Shown here in pieces: positions 28,208-37,598 of a DNA stretch of 64,000 nt (positions are counted from its first letter, which is position 1; every line of letters starts with the position of its first letter). The stretch comes from an uncultured Acidobacteriota bacterium. Lineage in GTDB: Bacteria > Acidobacteriota > Thermoanaerobaculia > Multivoradales > JAGPDF01. The DNA lies in assembly GCA_963781755.1 (NCBI GenBank), contig CAWAGZ010000008.1, positions 16,153 to 80,152 on the forward strand, read 5' to 3'. Both the position numbers and the translations under genes were made by a program. The notes under the pieces were generated by a model. That model saw only the letters and a list, made by a program, of their open reading frames with translations, searched no databases and was not told where the DNA came from.

Positions 28208-29223
28208 CCGGCAGCCTCGCCGGACTGGCCGGCCACGGCGAGAGCGTCCACCAGTCCGGCGATTCCGGACTCGAGCGCCGCCGCCTCCGGGGCCTCCTCG
28301 GCCAGCCAGCGTTCCGCGAACTCGGCGGCGAGCCGGTCGCGGCGTTCGGCGATCCGGCGCGCCAGCGCCGAGCGGCCGGCGCGACCGCCGGGCAGCCGCG
28401 GCCGTCGGCTCCCCCCCGTGGCGGCCAGAACCCGGCTGCGCTCGCCCTCCGCGGCCTCGGCCGCGAGCTCGGCGGCGAGCACCGCGAGATCGTTGGCGGC
28501 GCCGAGCAGGTCCTGGAGATGGCGCAGCCGCGCGACCACGGCGCGGGCGGCCGGCAGCCGCGGCGTCACCGGCTCGAGCAGGTAGCGCAGTCGCTTGGCC
28601 GCGATGCGGACGCGGTGGATCCGGACCGGCTCCGGGGACTCCCGCGCGAGGTCCAACGCGGCGAGCAGCGCGTCGGCGTGGCGGGCGAGCTGGGCGCCCA
28701 GGGCGGCGCGGAACGGACGCTCGGGCTCGGTCTCTCCGTCGAGGCGGATCTCGACCCGCCAGATGCCGAGCGTCTCGCGCAACCCCGCGATCAGCCCGTC
28801 GAGCTCGCCCAGCCTCTGCTCGCGGACGTGACGGTAGACCTGTTCGCGGCGGTCGCTCAGCCGGCCGGCGAGGACGCCGGCCGCACGGCGCTCGCTGCCC
28901 TCGGCGCCGTCGGCGAGCTGGGCGAGCAGAGCCGCGCCCACCTCGGCGTCGCGCCCGGGGTTGGTCGCCGCCGCCAGGCGGCGCACCCGGCGCCGGAGCT
29001 TGCGTCCCACGGCGTCGCCGAGCTCGGGGCGGAAGGCGCGCAGGTCGCTGCGCAGGCGGCGCAGGGCCACCCGAAGGTCGTGCAGAGCCTCCGGGTCCCC
29101 GCCGCGCTCGAGCGCGAGCCGGGCCTGCTCGGCCCGCGCGACCTCGGCGAGCGCGATCCGGCGCGCCGCCTCGCCCGCCGGACGCTCGAGTAGATCGCGC
29201 GGCAGCGCGGGCTCGCGGATCAC
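28204..29223 (-). CDS. CHAD domain protein (conserved histidine alpha-helical domain; polyphosphate-associated)
   Basis: Repeated HDLRVALRRLR / HRVRIAAKRLRY CHAD signatures; 3' end overlaps ppk1 3' end by 4 nt (convergent). Confidence 0.8.
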   Translation of the reverse strand: MIREPALPRDLLERPAGEAARRIALAEVARAEQARLALERGGDPEALHDLRVALRRLRSDLRAFRPELGDAVGRKLRRRVRRLAAATNPGRDAEVGAALLAQLADGAEGSERRAAGVLAGRLSDRREQVYRHVREQRLGELDGLIAGLRETLGIWRVEIRLDGETEPERPFRAALGAQLARHADALLAALDLARESPEPVRIHRVRIAAKRLRYLLEPVTPRLPAARAVVARLRHLQDLLGAANDLAVLAAELAAEAAEGERSRVLAATGGSRRPRLPGGRAGRSALARRIAERRDRLAAEFAERWLAEEAPEAAALESGIAGLVDALAVAGQSGEAAG

Positions 29224-29720
29224 GGCGCGAGGTCCCGCGCCTGACCGGCGGTCAGGTGCCAGAGGAGACGTCCGCCCCCGGCCCGGATCGAAGTCCGGAA
29301 ATCGACCAACGCGGCGCCGCCCTTGCGCATCGCCGCGATCGACTGCGCCCGGCCGGTGACCATCAGTCCTTCGAGCCGGGAGAGCCCGGGCTCGTGGCCG
29401 ACCAGCGCGATCGCGGCGAGCTCCCGGCGTTCGGCAAGGAAGCGCAGCAAGGGCGCGCCGCCGCCGCCGGGCGCGAGCGCCCCGAGATCGACGATCTCGG
29501 GATGGCGGGGGTGGGCGTCGCGCAGGAGCTCCGCGGTCTGCCGGGCGCGACGCAGGGGACTCGTCGCGATCAACGCCAGCCCCGGAACGTGAGCCGAGAG
29601 CCCGCGGGCGCCGCGTCGGAAGCGACGCTTGCCCTCGGGCGTCAACGGCCGGGCCCGGTCGTCGTCGGGAGAGGCGCCGCGCTCCGCGGCGATGGCATGA
29701 CGCACCAACAGCACGCGCAC
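29220..29720 (-). CDS. histidine-phosphatase superfamily protein, SixA-like phosphohistidine phosphatase
   Basis: LVRHAIA (RHG-type motif), PLTPEG, GHEP; 166 aa; 4-nt overlap with CHAD gene. Confidence 0.75.
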   Translation of the reverse strand: MRVLLVRHAIAAERGASPDDDRARPLTPEGKRRFRRGARGLSAHVPGLALIATSPLRRARQTAELLRDAHPRHPEIVDLGALAPGGGGAPLLRFLAERRELAAIALVGHEPGLSRLEGLMVTGRAQSIAAMRKGGAALVDFRTSIRAGGGRLLWHLTAGQARDLAP

Positions 29721-29760
29721 GGCGCGCGACGCTAGCAGAGAGGTGTGACGGTTCGCGGCG

Positions 29761-30441
29761 TCAGGCGCGCAGGCGGTAGCCGACGCCGATCACGGTCTCG
29801 ATCCGGTCGGCTTCGGCGCCGAGCTTGCGGCGCAGCCGGCGCACGTGGGTGTCCACCGTCCGACTGTCGACGTCCTCGGCGTATCCCCACACGTCCGAGA
29901 GCAGCCGCGAGCGGGTCTGGACGCGTCCCTGCCGTTCGAGCAGGACCTTGAGCAGGCGGAACTCGGTCGCCGTCAGGGTGACCTCCTTGCCCCGCGCCTC
30001 GACCCGGTGCGCCGATGCGTCGAGCCGGAGGCCACCCGCCTCGATCACGTCGCCGGCGTCCTCTCCGGCGTGACGGCGCAGGACCGCCTTGATCCGGAGC
30101 ACGACTTCGCGTGGGCTGAACGGCTTCGGGATGTAGTCGTCGGCGCCCAGTTCGAGTCCCACGATGCGGTCGACCTCCTCGCCCTTGGCGGTGAGCATGA
30201 CCAGGGGGACCCGGGCGGTCGCCGGGTCGCGCTTGAGCAGGCGGGTGAGCTCGAGACCGTCCAGGCCCGGGAGCATCAGATCGAGCACGATGAGGTCGGG
30301 CGGCTGGCGCCGGATGGCCTCCAGGGCGCCGTCGCCGCGACGCAGGACCTCGACCCCGAAGCCCGCCTTCTCGAGGTTGAACTGCAGCACTTCGGCGATG
30401 TCGGGCTCGTCCTCGACGACGTAGATCCGCTGTTCGGCCAT
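29761..30441 (-). CDS. phoB: OmpR/PhoB-family two-component response regulator (PhoB-like)
   Basis: REC domain (VVEDEPDI…DLIVLDLMLPGLDG…K) plus winged-helix trans_reg_C (…RTVDTHVRRLRRKL…GVGYRL); 226 aa. Confidence 0.85.
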   Translation of the reverse strand: MAEQRIYVVEDEPDIAEVLQFNLEKAGFGVEVLRRGDGALEAIRRQPPDLIVLDLMLPGLDGLELTRLLKRDPATARVPLVMLTAKGEEVDRIVGLELGADDYIPKPFSPREVVLRIKAVLRRHAGEDAGDVIEAGGLRLDASAHRVEARGKEVTLTATEFRLLKVLLERQGRVQTRSRLLSDVWGYAEDVDSRTVDTHVRRLRRKLGAEADRIETVIGVGYRLRA

Positions 30442-30484
30442 GCGCAGCGGACGCTAGCACGGGCCTTCCGCAGGCCATGCGGAA

Positions 30485-30570
30485 ATGTCTGCGGAAAAGG
30501 ATCCTCCACCGGGGTCCCGGTGCCCGTCTCGGCGGGCTTTGGAGCGTTTTGCACACATTCTTGTGCATCG
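30485..30570 (-). promoter_or_regulatory. conserved promoter block upstream of the phoB-like operon: TGCGGAAAAG ... GGGGTCCCGG ... GCGTTtTGCACaCATTCTTGTGCA (palindrome TGCACA-N6-TGTGCA at ~30550-30567)
   Basis: Same block as upstream of phoR (14700-14790); ~110 bp upstream of the phoB-like start. Confidence 0.55.
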
Positions 30571-30778
30571 AAGGCAACTCCATGGTGCTCAACGCGTTAC
30601 GCTCAAGTCCGTGGACCGATTGAAGAAAGCGCTGCGCAACCGGGCACCACTTTTCCACAGCGACCGGTGACGGGCCGGTAACGGCGGCCGTAAATCTTTG
30701 CAACGCTTCGTCTTGACAGCCCGAGCGGGCGGCGGTTACCGTCCCGTCAGTGGTCCCCGGACCGGCGGAGGCTGGAGC

Positions 30779-31096
30779 ATGACGATGACGACGCTCGCGA
30801 CGATCCGCTCGTATCTGATCTTCACCGGCACCGGTCCGATCCTCGTGCTGTCGACCTATCCCGAGCTGCGCGACCCGCGGCTGCTCGCCAAGCTCCAGTA
30901 CAAGGGCATCTCGAAGTTCATCGCCTACGAGGTCGCGCTCGACGCGGTCAAGAACCGCTACGAGCACGCCTACGGCAACATCGCGCACGATCTCGACGAG
31001 GTCGAGGACATCCGCGTGCTCGACTTCAACGGCCACCAGATCATGGCCAACTTCTCGCTCGACGAGCTCGGCGACCCGATCAAGTTCGGCGGCTGA
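30779..31096 (+). CDS. hypothetical small protein (105 aa), no recognised domain
   Basis: ATG at ~30779 preceded by GGAGG; N-terminal hydrophobic stretch; ORF-track frame 30698..31096. Confidence 0.4.
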   Translation: MTMTTLATIRSYLIFTGTGPILVLSTYPELRDPRLLAKLQYKGISKFIAYEVALDAVKNRYEHAYGNIAHDLDEVEDIRVLDFNGHQIMANFSLDELGDPIKFGG

Positions 31097-31177
31097 CCGC
31101 CGCCGGGTGCTGGCGGCACTCCGCGCGAACCCGCGGCGCATCGCGATCCACGGTCTCGCAGGCTCGCAGCAGCGACT

Positions 31178-31275
31178 TCCATTGAAGAGAAGACCTCGGG
31201 TCCAGGCCCGCGCCGCGAGACTCGAGGCGCCGTTCCGGCTGCGGTCCTTTCCATCATTGGAAGCTTCTGTCTCTC
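31178..31275. repeat. ~95-bp structured intergenic repeat (copy 2): arms TGAAGAGAAGACC / GGTCCTTTCCATCA + TTGGAAGCTTCTGTC tail
   Basis: Collinear with the copy at 6124-6218; sits between convergent 3' ends (hypothetical + / maf -). Confidence 0.6.
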
Positions 31276-31306
31276 TCGGCACGAAGGCGCGATCCGCTTG
31301 GCGGAC

Positions 31307-31945
31307 TCAGGTTGCGCGGCTCGATCTCCGCCGGCCCCGTCCGGGGCCGGCGGCCGAAAAGCCCATCTCGGCCAGCAGCTGCCCGACCAGCGTGAGCGGC
31401 AGGCCGACGACGTTGTCGTAGTCCCCGTCGACGTGGTCGACGAAGGCGGCGGCGCCGCCCTGGATGGCGTAGGCGCCGGCCTTGTCGAGCGGCTCCCGAC
31501 CGGCTGCGTAGGCCGCGATCTCCTTTGCGCCGAGGCGGCGGAATGTGACCTCGGTGCGGCAGGCGCGGGCGAGCTCGCGGGCGACGGTGCCCGGGGCGCC
31601 GGACCGGACGACGGCGACGCCGGTCCAGACGTCGTGGCGGCGGCCCGAGAGCCGGTGCAGCATCCGCTCGGCCTCGGCCGCGTCGGCCGGCTTGCCGAGC
31701 AGCTCGCCGTCGACGGCGACCACCGTGTCGGCGCCGATCACGATCTCGCCGGTCCGGGCCGCGGCGATCGCCTTGGCGCGGGCCAGACGCAGGGCGAGAC
31801 GCTCGGGCGGTTCACCGGCTCGCGGAGTCTCGTCGGCGTCCACCGGGCGGACCTCGAACTCGAGGCCGAGTCGGAGGAGCAGGTCGCGCCGGCGGGGCGA
31901 CGCCGAGGCCAGGACGAGCCGCGGCGGACCGGGACTTCCGCTCAC
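31307..31945 (-). CDS. maf: Maf-like nucleoside triphosphate pyrophosphatase (septum formation protein Maf)
   Basis: GTG start (VSGSPGPPRLVLASASPRRRDLL…); Maf signature LASASPRR; start overlaps the stop of the upstream VWA gene (GTGA). Confidence 0.85.
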   Translation of the reverse strand: MSGSPGPPRLVLASASPRRRDLLLRLGLEFEVRPVDADETPRAGEPPERLALRLARAKAIAAARTGEIVIGADTVVAVDGELLGKPADAAEAERMLHRLSGRRHDVWTGVAVVRSGAPGTVARELARACRTEVTFRRLGAKEIAAYAAGREPLDKAGAYAIQGGAAAFVDHVDGDYDNVVGLPLTLVGQLLAEMGFSAAGPGRGRRRSSRAT

Positions 31946-33745
31946 GGGTAGTAGCCGGTCGCGGTGCGCACCGTGACGCCGGGCCGGTCGACCGCGACCT
32001 CGACCTTGCGGTACCCGTCGCCCCCGGGCGAGTCCGACTGGTAGGCGAGCAGATACTGCGAGCGCAGGTCCTTCTCGATCTCCTCGTAGATCGGCCCCAG
32101 GCGACTGGCGCGGTCGACGCGGAAGGAGCGCCCCCCGGTCTCGCGTGCCAGGCGGTCGAGGGCGACGCCCGCGGTGGGCGGATGGGTCGGGACGTCGAGG
32201 CCGATGGCGTAGATCGCCACGCCGCTGCGCCGGGCGTAGTCGAGGACGTCGTCGAACCGGGTGCGGCTGTTCGAATCCTGGCCGTCGGAGATCAGGATCA
32301 GGGCGCGCTTGCCGCTCAGTCCCGCGAAGTAGTGGAGGGTGAAGGCGAGGCTGTCGTAGAGGGTGGTCTCGCCCTCCGCACGGAGGTCGGCGAGCCCTCC
32401 CGCGAGCCGGTCCAACCGGCCCGTGAACTTGACCGCGAGGCGCGGCGAATCCGCGAACGTGATCACCGCGGCCCGGTCGAGGGGGGTCAGGACCTGCTCG
32501 AAGAAGCGCAGCGCCGCGCGCTCGGCCTCCTGGAGCTCGGCCGCCATCGAGCCGGAGGTGTCGAGCATGACCGCGGCGTGGATCGGCACGTCGCCGATCT
32601 TCTCCAGGCGCAGCAGCTTCTCGGGACGTCCGTCCTCGCGGATCTCGACCTCCTCGGGCCGGAGATCGTCGACGGGTCGGCCGTGACGGGCGAGGACGGT
32701 GGCGAACAGCTCGACGAGGTCGACGTCCACCTGATCGTTCGTCGCCCCCGCGGCGCCGAGCGTGCGCACGGCCTCCGCCGCGCCGCCGCCGGCGAGGAAG
32801 GCGACGGCGCGGATCCACGTGATCGGAGCTTCGGCGGGCGTCTCGAGTTGCTGGACGAAGGGCGGTTGGAAGAGCGTGGCGCGCAGCTCGCCGCCGACGC
32901 GGAACTCGACCCGGTCGAGCGTCCTCGCCCTCGGGCACCGCGACGGCGGCGCGCGCCTCGACGGCGCCGGGGGCCGGCACGGCGGGTTCCGCCAGCGACA
33001 GCCGGACCGCGAAGCGTTGCGGTCCGGCGTTGAGCGTCGCCTCGTCGCGCGCCAGCTCGGCGCCGCCGGAGTCGAGCGCGACCGCCGCGACCCGATGCAG
33101 CCTGGGGCTCGACCCGAGGTCCAGCTCGACGGTCCACGGCGGACGGCTCCGGGTCATCACGCGGTGGCCGTCGAGCTCGAAGCCGACGCGGTCCACCCGG
33201 TCCCCCCGCACGTCGGCGTCGAATCGGACCTTGCCGGTCAGCAGCTCGCCGACCGGCGCGAGGAGGCGGACGGCTGCTCCCTCCCCGGTGGCCGTCGTCG
33301 CCGTGGCGGGCGCACCCGGGACGTCGAGCTCGCGCGACTCGCGGTGGCACCTCCCGGTCGCCTCCTCCTCGAGCGCCAGCTGCATCCGGTAGTGGCCGGC
33401 CGGCAGCCGGCGCAGGAATTCCAGTCGCACCGGATCGGCGGACGGCGGCGGCGAGAAGCGGTAGCGGAAGCCCTCGATCCGGCGGTCGCCGCGGACGATC
33501 TCGCCGTCGAGACGGTAGGCGCCCGGCCCGGCCTCCGCCTCCCGGCCGGCCGTGCCGGTCAGCGTCAGCGTGCCTTCGACCCGGGTGCTGGCGGAGCCGC
33601 GGTCGGTGAAGGCGACCGAGAGGACGGCGTCGAGCTTCGGGGCGTTGGCGGGGCAGGGTCCGGCGGTGGGCTCCGGCGCGGTCGTCGCCGCCGGGAGCCG
33701 ACCCGGTACCGCCAGCAGGAGCAGCAGGGTGACGAGGGCGCGCAT
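31942..33745 (-). pseudogene. VWA-domain secreted protein (Acidobacterial VWFA-related family, paralog of 33803..36340), with an apparent +1 frameshift near 32915-32930
   Basis: N-terminal part in frame of ORF 31307..33745 (signal peptide MRALVTLLLLLAVPG…), C-terminal VWA part in frame of ORF 31942..32769. Alignment to the intact paralog (…VEVPEDSSLDRVEF…) shows the shift at PEGEDA|LDRVEF. Confidence 0.7.
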
Positions 33746-33802
33746 GCCCCGATCCTAAGCAAATCCGGCGTCCCCGTGGGGGGGCCGCGGTCGGAGCCGC
33801 CG

Positions 33803-36340
33803 TCAGGGGTAGTAGCCGCGCATGGTCTTGGCCTCCAGGCCGGGGCGGTCGACCTTGACCTCGACGGTGCGGAACTTCGTGTCCTGGTTGGTGTTGGTGG
33901 ACTGATAGGCGAGCAGGAAGCGGGAGCGCAGCTCCTTCTGGATCGCGTCGTAGACCGGCGGCAGGTCGCTCGCCTTCTTGACGAAGAAGCTGCGCCCGCC
34001 GGTCTCGTCGGCGAGGCTCTTGAGCACCTTGCGGGTCTCGAACTCGGTGCGCCCGATGTCCAGGCCGATGGTGTAGATCGCCACCCCGGCGTGGCGCGCG
34101 AAGTCGAGCGTCTGGTCGAAGGTGAAGCGGCTGTTCTCGTCCTTGCCGTCGGAGAGCACGAGCAACGCGCGCTGGCCCTTGAGGCCGTTGAAGTAGAACA
34201 GGCCGAAGACGACCGAGTCGTAGAGCGACGTGCCGCGTTCCGCCTTGAGGCCCGCCAGGCCGCCGGCCAGATCCTCGATCCGGTTGGTCATCTTGACCGC
34301 CAGGGTCGGCCGGTCGTTGAACGGGATCAGGGCGGCGCGGTCGCGCGGCGTGATGGCCTGCTGGAAGAAGCCCAGGGCGGCCTGGCGCGCGACGTCGAGG
34401 CTGGGCTCCATCGAGGCCGAGGTGTCGAGCAGCACGGCGACGTGGATGGGCAGGTTCTGGAGCTGCTCGAAGCGGACGAGCTTCTGCGGCACGCCGTCCT
34501 CGGCGACGGCGAAGGCGTCGCGGGGCAGGTCGGAGACCGGGTGTTTCGCTCGGTCCACCACGGTGGTGTAGAGCTCGACGAACTGGACGTCGACCTCCTC
34601 GAGGTTCTCGGGCGCGTTGACGAAGACCAGGTCCTCGGTCGAGTTGCCGTCGGTCAGGTAGGCGACCGCGCGGACGTAGGCGATCTGACTCTCGGGGGGC
34701 AGGACGATCGGTTGGGTGAACGGCTCCTGGTAGAGCGTCGCGACCAGCGTCTCGTTGAGGTAGAACTCGACCCGGTCGAGCGAGGAGTCCTCGGGGACCT
34801 CGACCTGGGCTTCGGCGCGCAGGCTCGAGCGGTAGCGCTTCCCGCGCCGGGGCTCGATCAGGCGGATCGAGAAGCGGTGCGCGCTGGCGTTCAGCAGGGC
34901 CTGGTCGGAGGCGACCTCGTGGCCGGCGGCGTCGTAGGCGGTGGCGGTCAGGGTCCGCGTGCGGGGCACCTGTCCGAGGTCGAGCTCGACCGAGAACGGC
35001 GGGCGGTTCTTGCGCAGGATCGGCTTACCGTCGATCGCGAACTCGACCTCGGAGATGTCCGGTCCGGTGGTCAGCGTGTCGAAGCGCTCGAGGCCCGACT
35101 GCATCTGACCGCTGGGCTCGACGATCTTGATCGTGTTGTCCAGCGTCGAGAGCGCGGCGTTGGCCTCGGTCAGGAGACGGGCGGTCTGGTCGTCGGCCGG
35201 CGGCGGCAGCGGCTCCGTGGACTCGGGCACCGCGAGCGGACGCTCGGCGCGGAAGTACTTGTCGCCGTTCAGGTCCTCGACCTTGACGATCAGGGTGTAG
35301 TCCTCGCCGGGGCGCAGGAAGCGCTCGAAGACGAGCGGTATCGAGTCGGATTCGATCTGCGAGGCGGGGAAGTCGAACTTGTAGCGGAAGGTGTCGAACA
35401 GCTTGCCGCGCAGCAGGACCTCGCCGTTGAGCAGGAAGTTGTAGGAGTGGCTGCCCGCGATGTCGGCGGTGCCCGCGGCGTCGGCGGGGATCGCCACCGT
35501 GCCCTGGACGACGGTCCGGCTCTGGCGACGGCCGGGGAAGGCGAGGGTGAGGTCGCCGGGCAGCTCGCCGGCTCCCTCCGGGACGTCGGTCGAGTAGGAG
35601 TTGAAGGTCGAGACCCACTCTCGCGAGGGCCCCTGGATCGGCTTCAGCGCCACCGCGATGAGATTGGCGTAGTCGAGCTGTCCGCGATTCAGGACGGCGC
35701 TGACCGCAGCGGCCATCCGGTCGGCGCGCACGCAGCTATTGCTGATCTGGTCGATCAGGTCGTACGCCGAGGTGTTGGGAGCGGCTGCCTGGAAGAGCTT
35801 GCCGACGCCGTCGGCGGGCATCCAGAGCCGCCAGTCCCCGCGGCCGAAGGGCTGGTAGAAGACCAGCACCAGCACCTCCCGGACCCGCTCGCTGGGCGGG
35901 TAGATCCAGGCTTCCGTGGGCCACAGCAGCACGCCGCAGGTGTCCACCTGGCGTAGCGCCGGCGCACCGTTGAGCAGGTACATCCGAGCGCGCACGTCGT
36001 CGAGGGTGCCGAACTCCTGCCGGGCCTCCTCGACGCGCGCGGACCAGCTCTCGCGCAGCTCGTTGCGGGCGGTGTCCGGGTAGGGGTCGCGGACCCGCCA
36101 GAAGCTCTCGATGAAGGCGTCGCGCTGGTAGTCCTTCTCGAGCTTGAGGAACGCCTCGCGCTCCTCCTTGGTGATCAGCGGCGCCACCTCCTGGAGCCAC
36201 TCCCGATAGGTCTGCGGGAGGTTGGCTACCGCCTGGCGCTCCTCGGCCTTCTTGCCCGCACCGGCGGGCACGACGACGACGAGGGCGGCCACCGCGGCCA
36301 GAGCCGCGACGGCGCGCCGGATCCGCGCGCGCGATCGCAT
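33803..36340 (-). CDS. VWA-domain secreted protein with large N-terminal Acidobacterial VWFA-related domain (TIGR03436-like)
   Basis: Signal peptide MRSRARIRRAVAALAAVAALVVVVPAGA; C-terminal VWA with MIDAS DTSASM…; ends …KTMRGYYP like its paralog. Confidence 0.8.
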   Translation of the reverse strand: MRSRARIRRAVAALAAVAALVVVVPAGAGKKAEERQAVANLPQTYREWLQEVAPLITKEEREAFLKLEKDYQRDAFIESFWRVRDPYPDTARNELRESWSARVEEARQEFGTLDDVRARMYLLNGAPALRQVDTCGVLLWPTEAWIYPPSERVREVLVLVFYQPFGRGDWRLWMPADGVGKLFQAAAPNTSAYDLIDQISNSCVRADRMAAAVSAVLNRGQLDYANLIAVALKPIQGPSREWVSTFNSYSTDVPEGAGELPGDLTLAFPGRRQSRTVVQGTVAIPADAAGTADIAGSHSYNFLLNGEVLLRGKLFDTFRYKFDFPASQIESDSIPLVFERFLRPGEDYTLIVKVEDLNGDKYFRAERPLAVPESTEPLPPPADDQTARLLTEANAALSTLDNTIKIVEPSGQMQSGLERFDTLTTGPDISEVEFAIDGKPILRKNRPPFSVELDLGQVPRTRTLTATAYDAAGHEVASDQALLNASAHRFSIRLIEPRRGKRYRSSLRAEAQVEVPEDSSLDRVEFYLNETLVATLYQEPFTQPIVLPPESQIAYVRAVAYLTDGNSTEDLVFVNAPENLEEVDVQFVELYTTVVDRAKHPVSDLPRDAFAVAEDGVPQKLVRFEQLQNLPIHVAVLLDTSASMEPSLDVARQAALGFFQQAITPRDRAALIPFNDRPTLAVKMTNRIEDLAGGLAGLKAERGTSLYDSVVFGLFYFNGLKGQRALLVLSDGKDENSRFTFDQTLDFARHAGVAIYTIGLDIGRTEFETRKVLKSLADETGGRSFFVKKASDLPPVYDAIQKELRSRFLLAYQSTNTNQDTKFRTVEVKVDRPGLEAKTMRGYYP

Positions 36341-36398
36341 CGCCCGGGATTGTTGCAGATCCGGTGCCCAGCGCCGCCGGCGCTACAATCGCCCGACC

Positions 36399-37598
36399 GT
36401 GACGCGCGTCTACCTCGATCACAACGCCACCACGCCGCTCGACCCGCGGGTGCGCGAGTCGATGCTGCCCTGGCTCGGCGACCGCTGGGGCAATCCGTCC
36501 TCCGCGCACCGCGCCGGGCAGGAGGCGAGCGCCGCCGTCGAGGAGGCCCGCGAGCAGGTGGCGCGGTTGATCGGCGCGCGGGCTCCCGAGATCGTCTTCA
36601 CCGCCTCGGGAACCGAGGCCAACAACGCGGTGGTCCGCTCGGCGCTGCTCGGCGATCCGGAAATCTGGACCCGGAGCCGCGAGCGTGCCGCCGGCGCCCC
36701 CCACCTGGTGATCTCGGCCTTCGAGCATCCCTCGGTGGAGGTCGCGGCGGCCGATTGGGCCCGGGCTTCGGGCGCCGAGGTGACCCGGGTGCGGCCGGAC
36801 CGGCACGGCGTGGTCGATCCCGAAGCGGTCGTCGCGGCGCTGCGTCCGGAGACCCGGCTGGTGGCGCTGATGCTCGCCCAGAACGAGGTCGGGACGCTGC
36901 AGCCGGTGGCCGAGACCGCCCGGCTCTGCCGCGAGCGCGGCGTGCGGGTGCTGTGCGACGCGGTCCAGGCGCTGGGCAAGGTGCCGGTCTCGGTGGCGGA
37001 TCTCGGCGCCGATTACCTGACCCTGGGGGCGCACAAGTTCCACGGCCCGCTCGGCGCCGGAGGGTTGTGGATCCGCGCCGACGCGCCGCTCGAGCCGCTC
37101 CTGGTCGGCGGCGGACAGGAGCGGCGCCGGCGGGCGGGCACGGTCAACGTCGCCGCGGTGGTCGGGTTCGGGCGCGCCGCGGAGCTCGCCCGGACCGAGC
37201 TCGCGCGGCGCGCCGAGCGGCTGACGGAGCTGCGCGACCGCTTCGAGGCCGGGCTGTCGTCGGCCGTTCCCGACGCGATCGTCCACGGCGCCGGGGCGCC
37301 GCGCCTGCCCCACACCTCGCACGTCGCCCTGCCGGGCACGGTCAACTCCGAGCTGATGATCCGCCTGGACCTCGCGGGGTTCGCGGTCTCGACCGGCGCC
37401 GCCTGCTCGTCGGGGGTGGTCGAGCCGGGTCCGGCGATGGTCGCGATGGGCGTGCCGCACGAGCAGGCCGTGGCCTCGATTCGCGTCTCCTTCGGTATCG
37501 GCAACACGCCGGCCGAGGTCGACGCCTTCCTCGCGGCGCTGGCGGCCGAGGTCGCGACGTTGCGCCGGGACGTCGCGGCGTCACGGGCGGGGCGATGA
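36399..37598 (+). CDS. iscS: cysteine desulfurase (IscS/NifS class V aminotransferase)
   Basis: GTG start (VTRVYLDHNATTPLDPRV…); PLP-lysine region LTLGAHKFHGPLGAGGLW; active-site loop STGAACSSG; directly coupled to mnmA. Confidence 0.85.
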   Translation: MTRVYLDHNATTPLDPRVRESMLPWLGDRWGNPSSAHRAGQEASAAVEEAREQVARLIGARAPEIVFTASGTEANNAVVRSALLGDPEIWTRSRERAAGAPHLVISAFEHPSVEVAAADWARASGAEVTRVRPDRHGVVDPEAVVAALRPETRLVALMLAQNEVGTLQPVAETARLCRERGVRVLCDAVQALGKVPVSVADLGADYLTLGAHKFHGPLGAGGLWIRADAPLEPLLVGGGQERRRRAGTVNVAAVVGFGRAAELARTELARRAERLTELRDRFEAGLSSAVPDAIVHGAGAPRLPHTSHVALPGTVNSELMIRLDLAGFAVSTGAACSSGVVEPGPAMVAMGVPHEQAVASIRVSFGIGNTPAEVDAFLAALAAEVATLRRDVAASRAGR

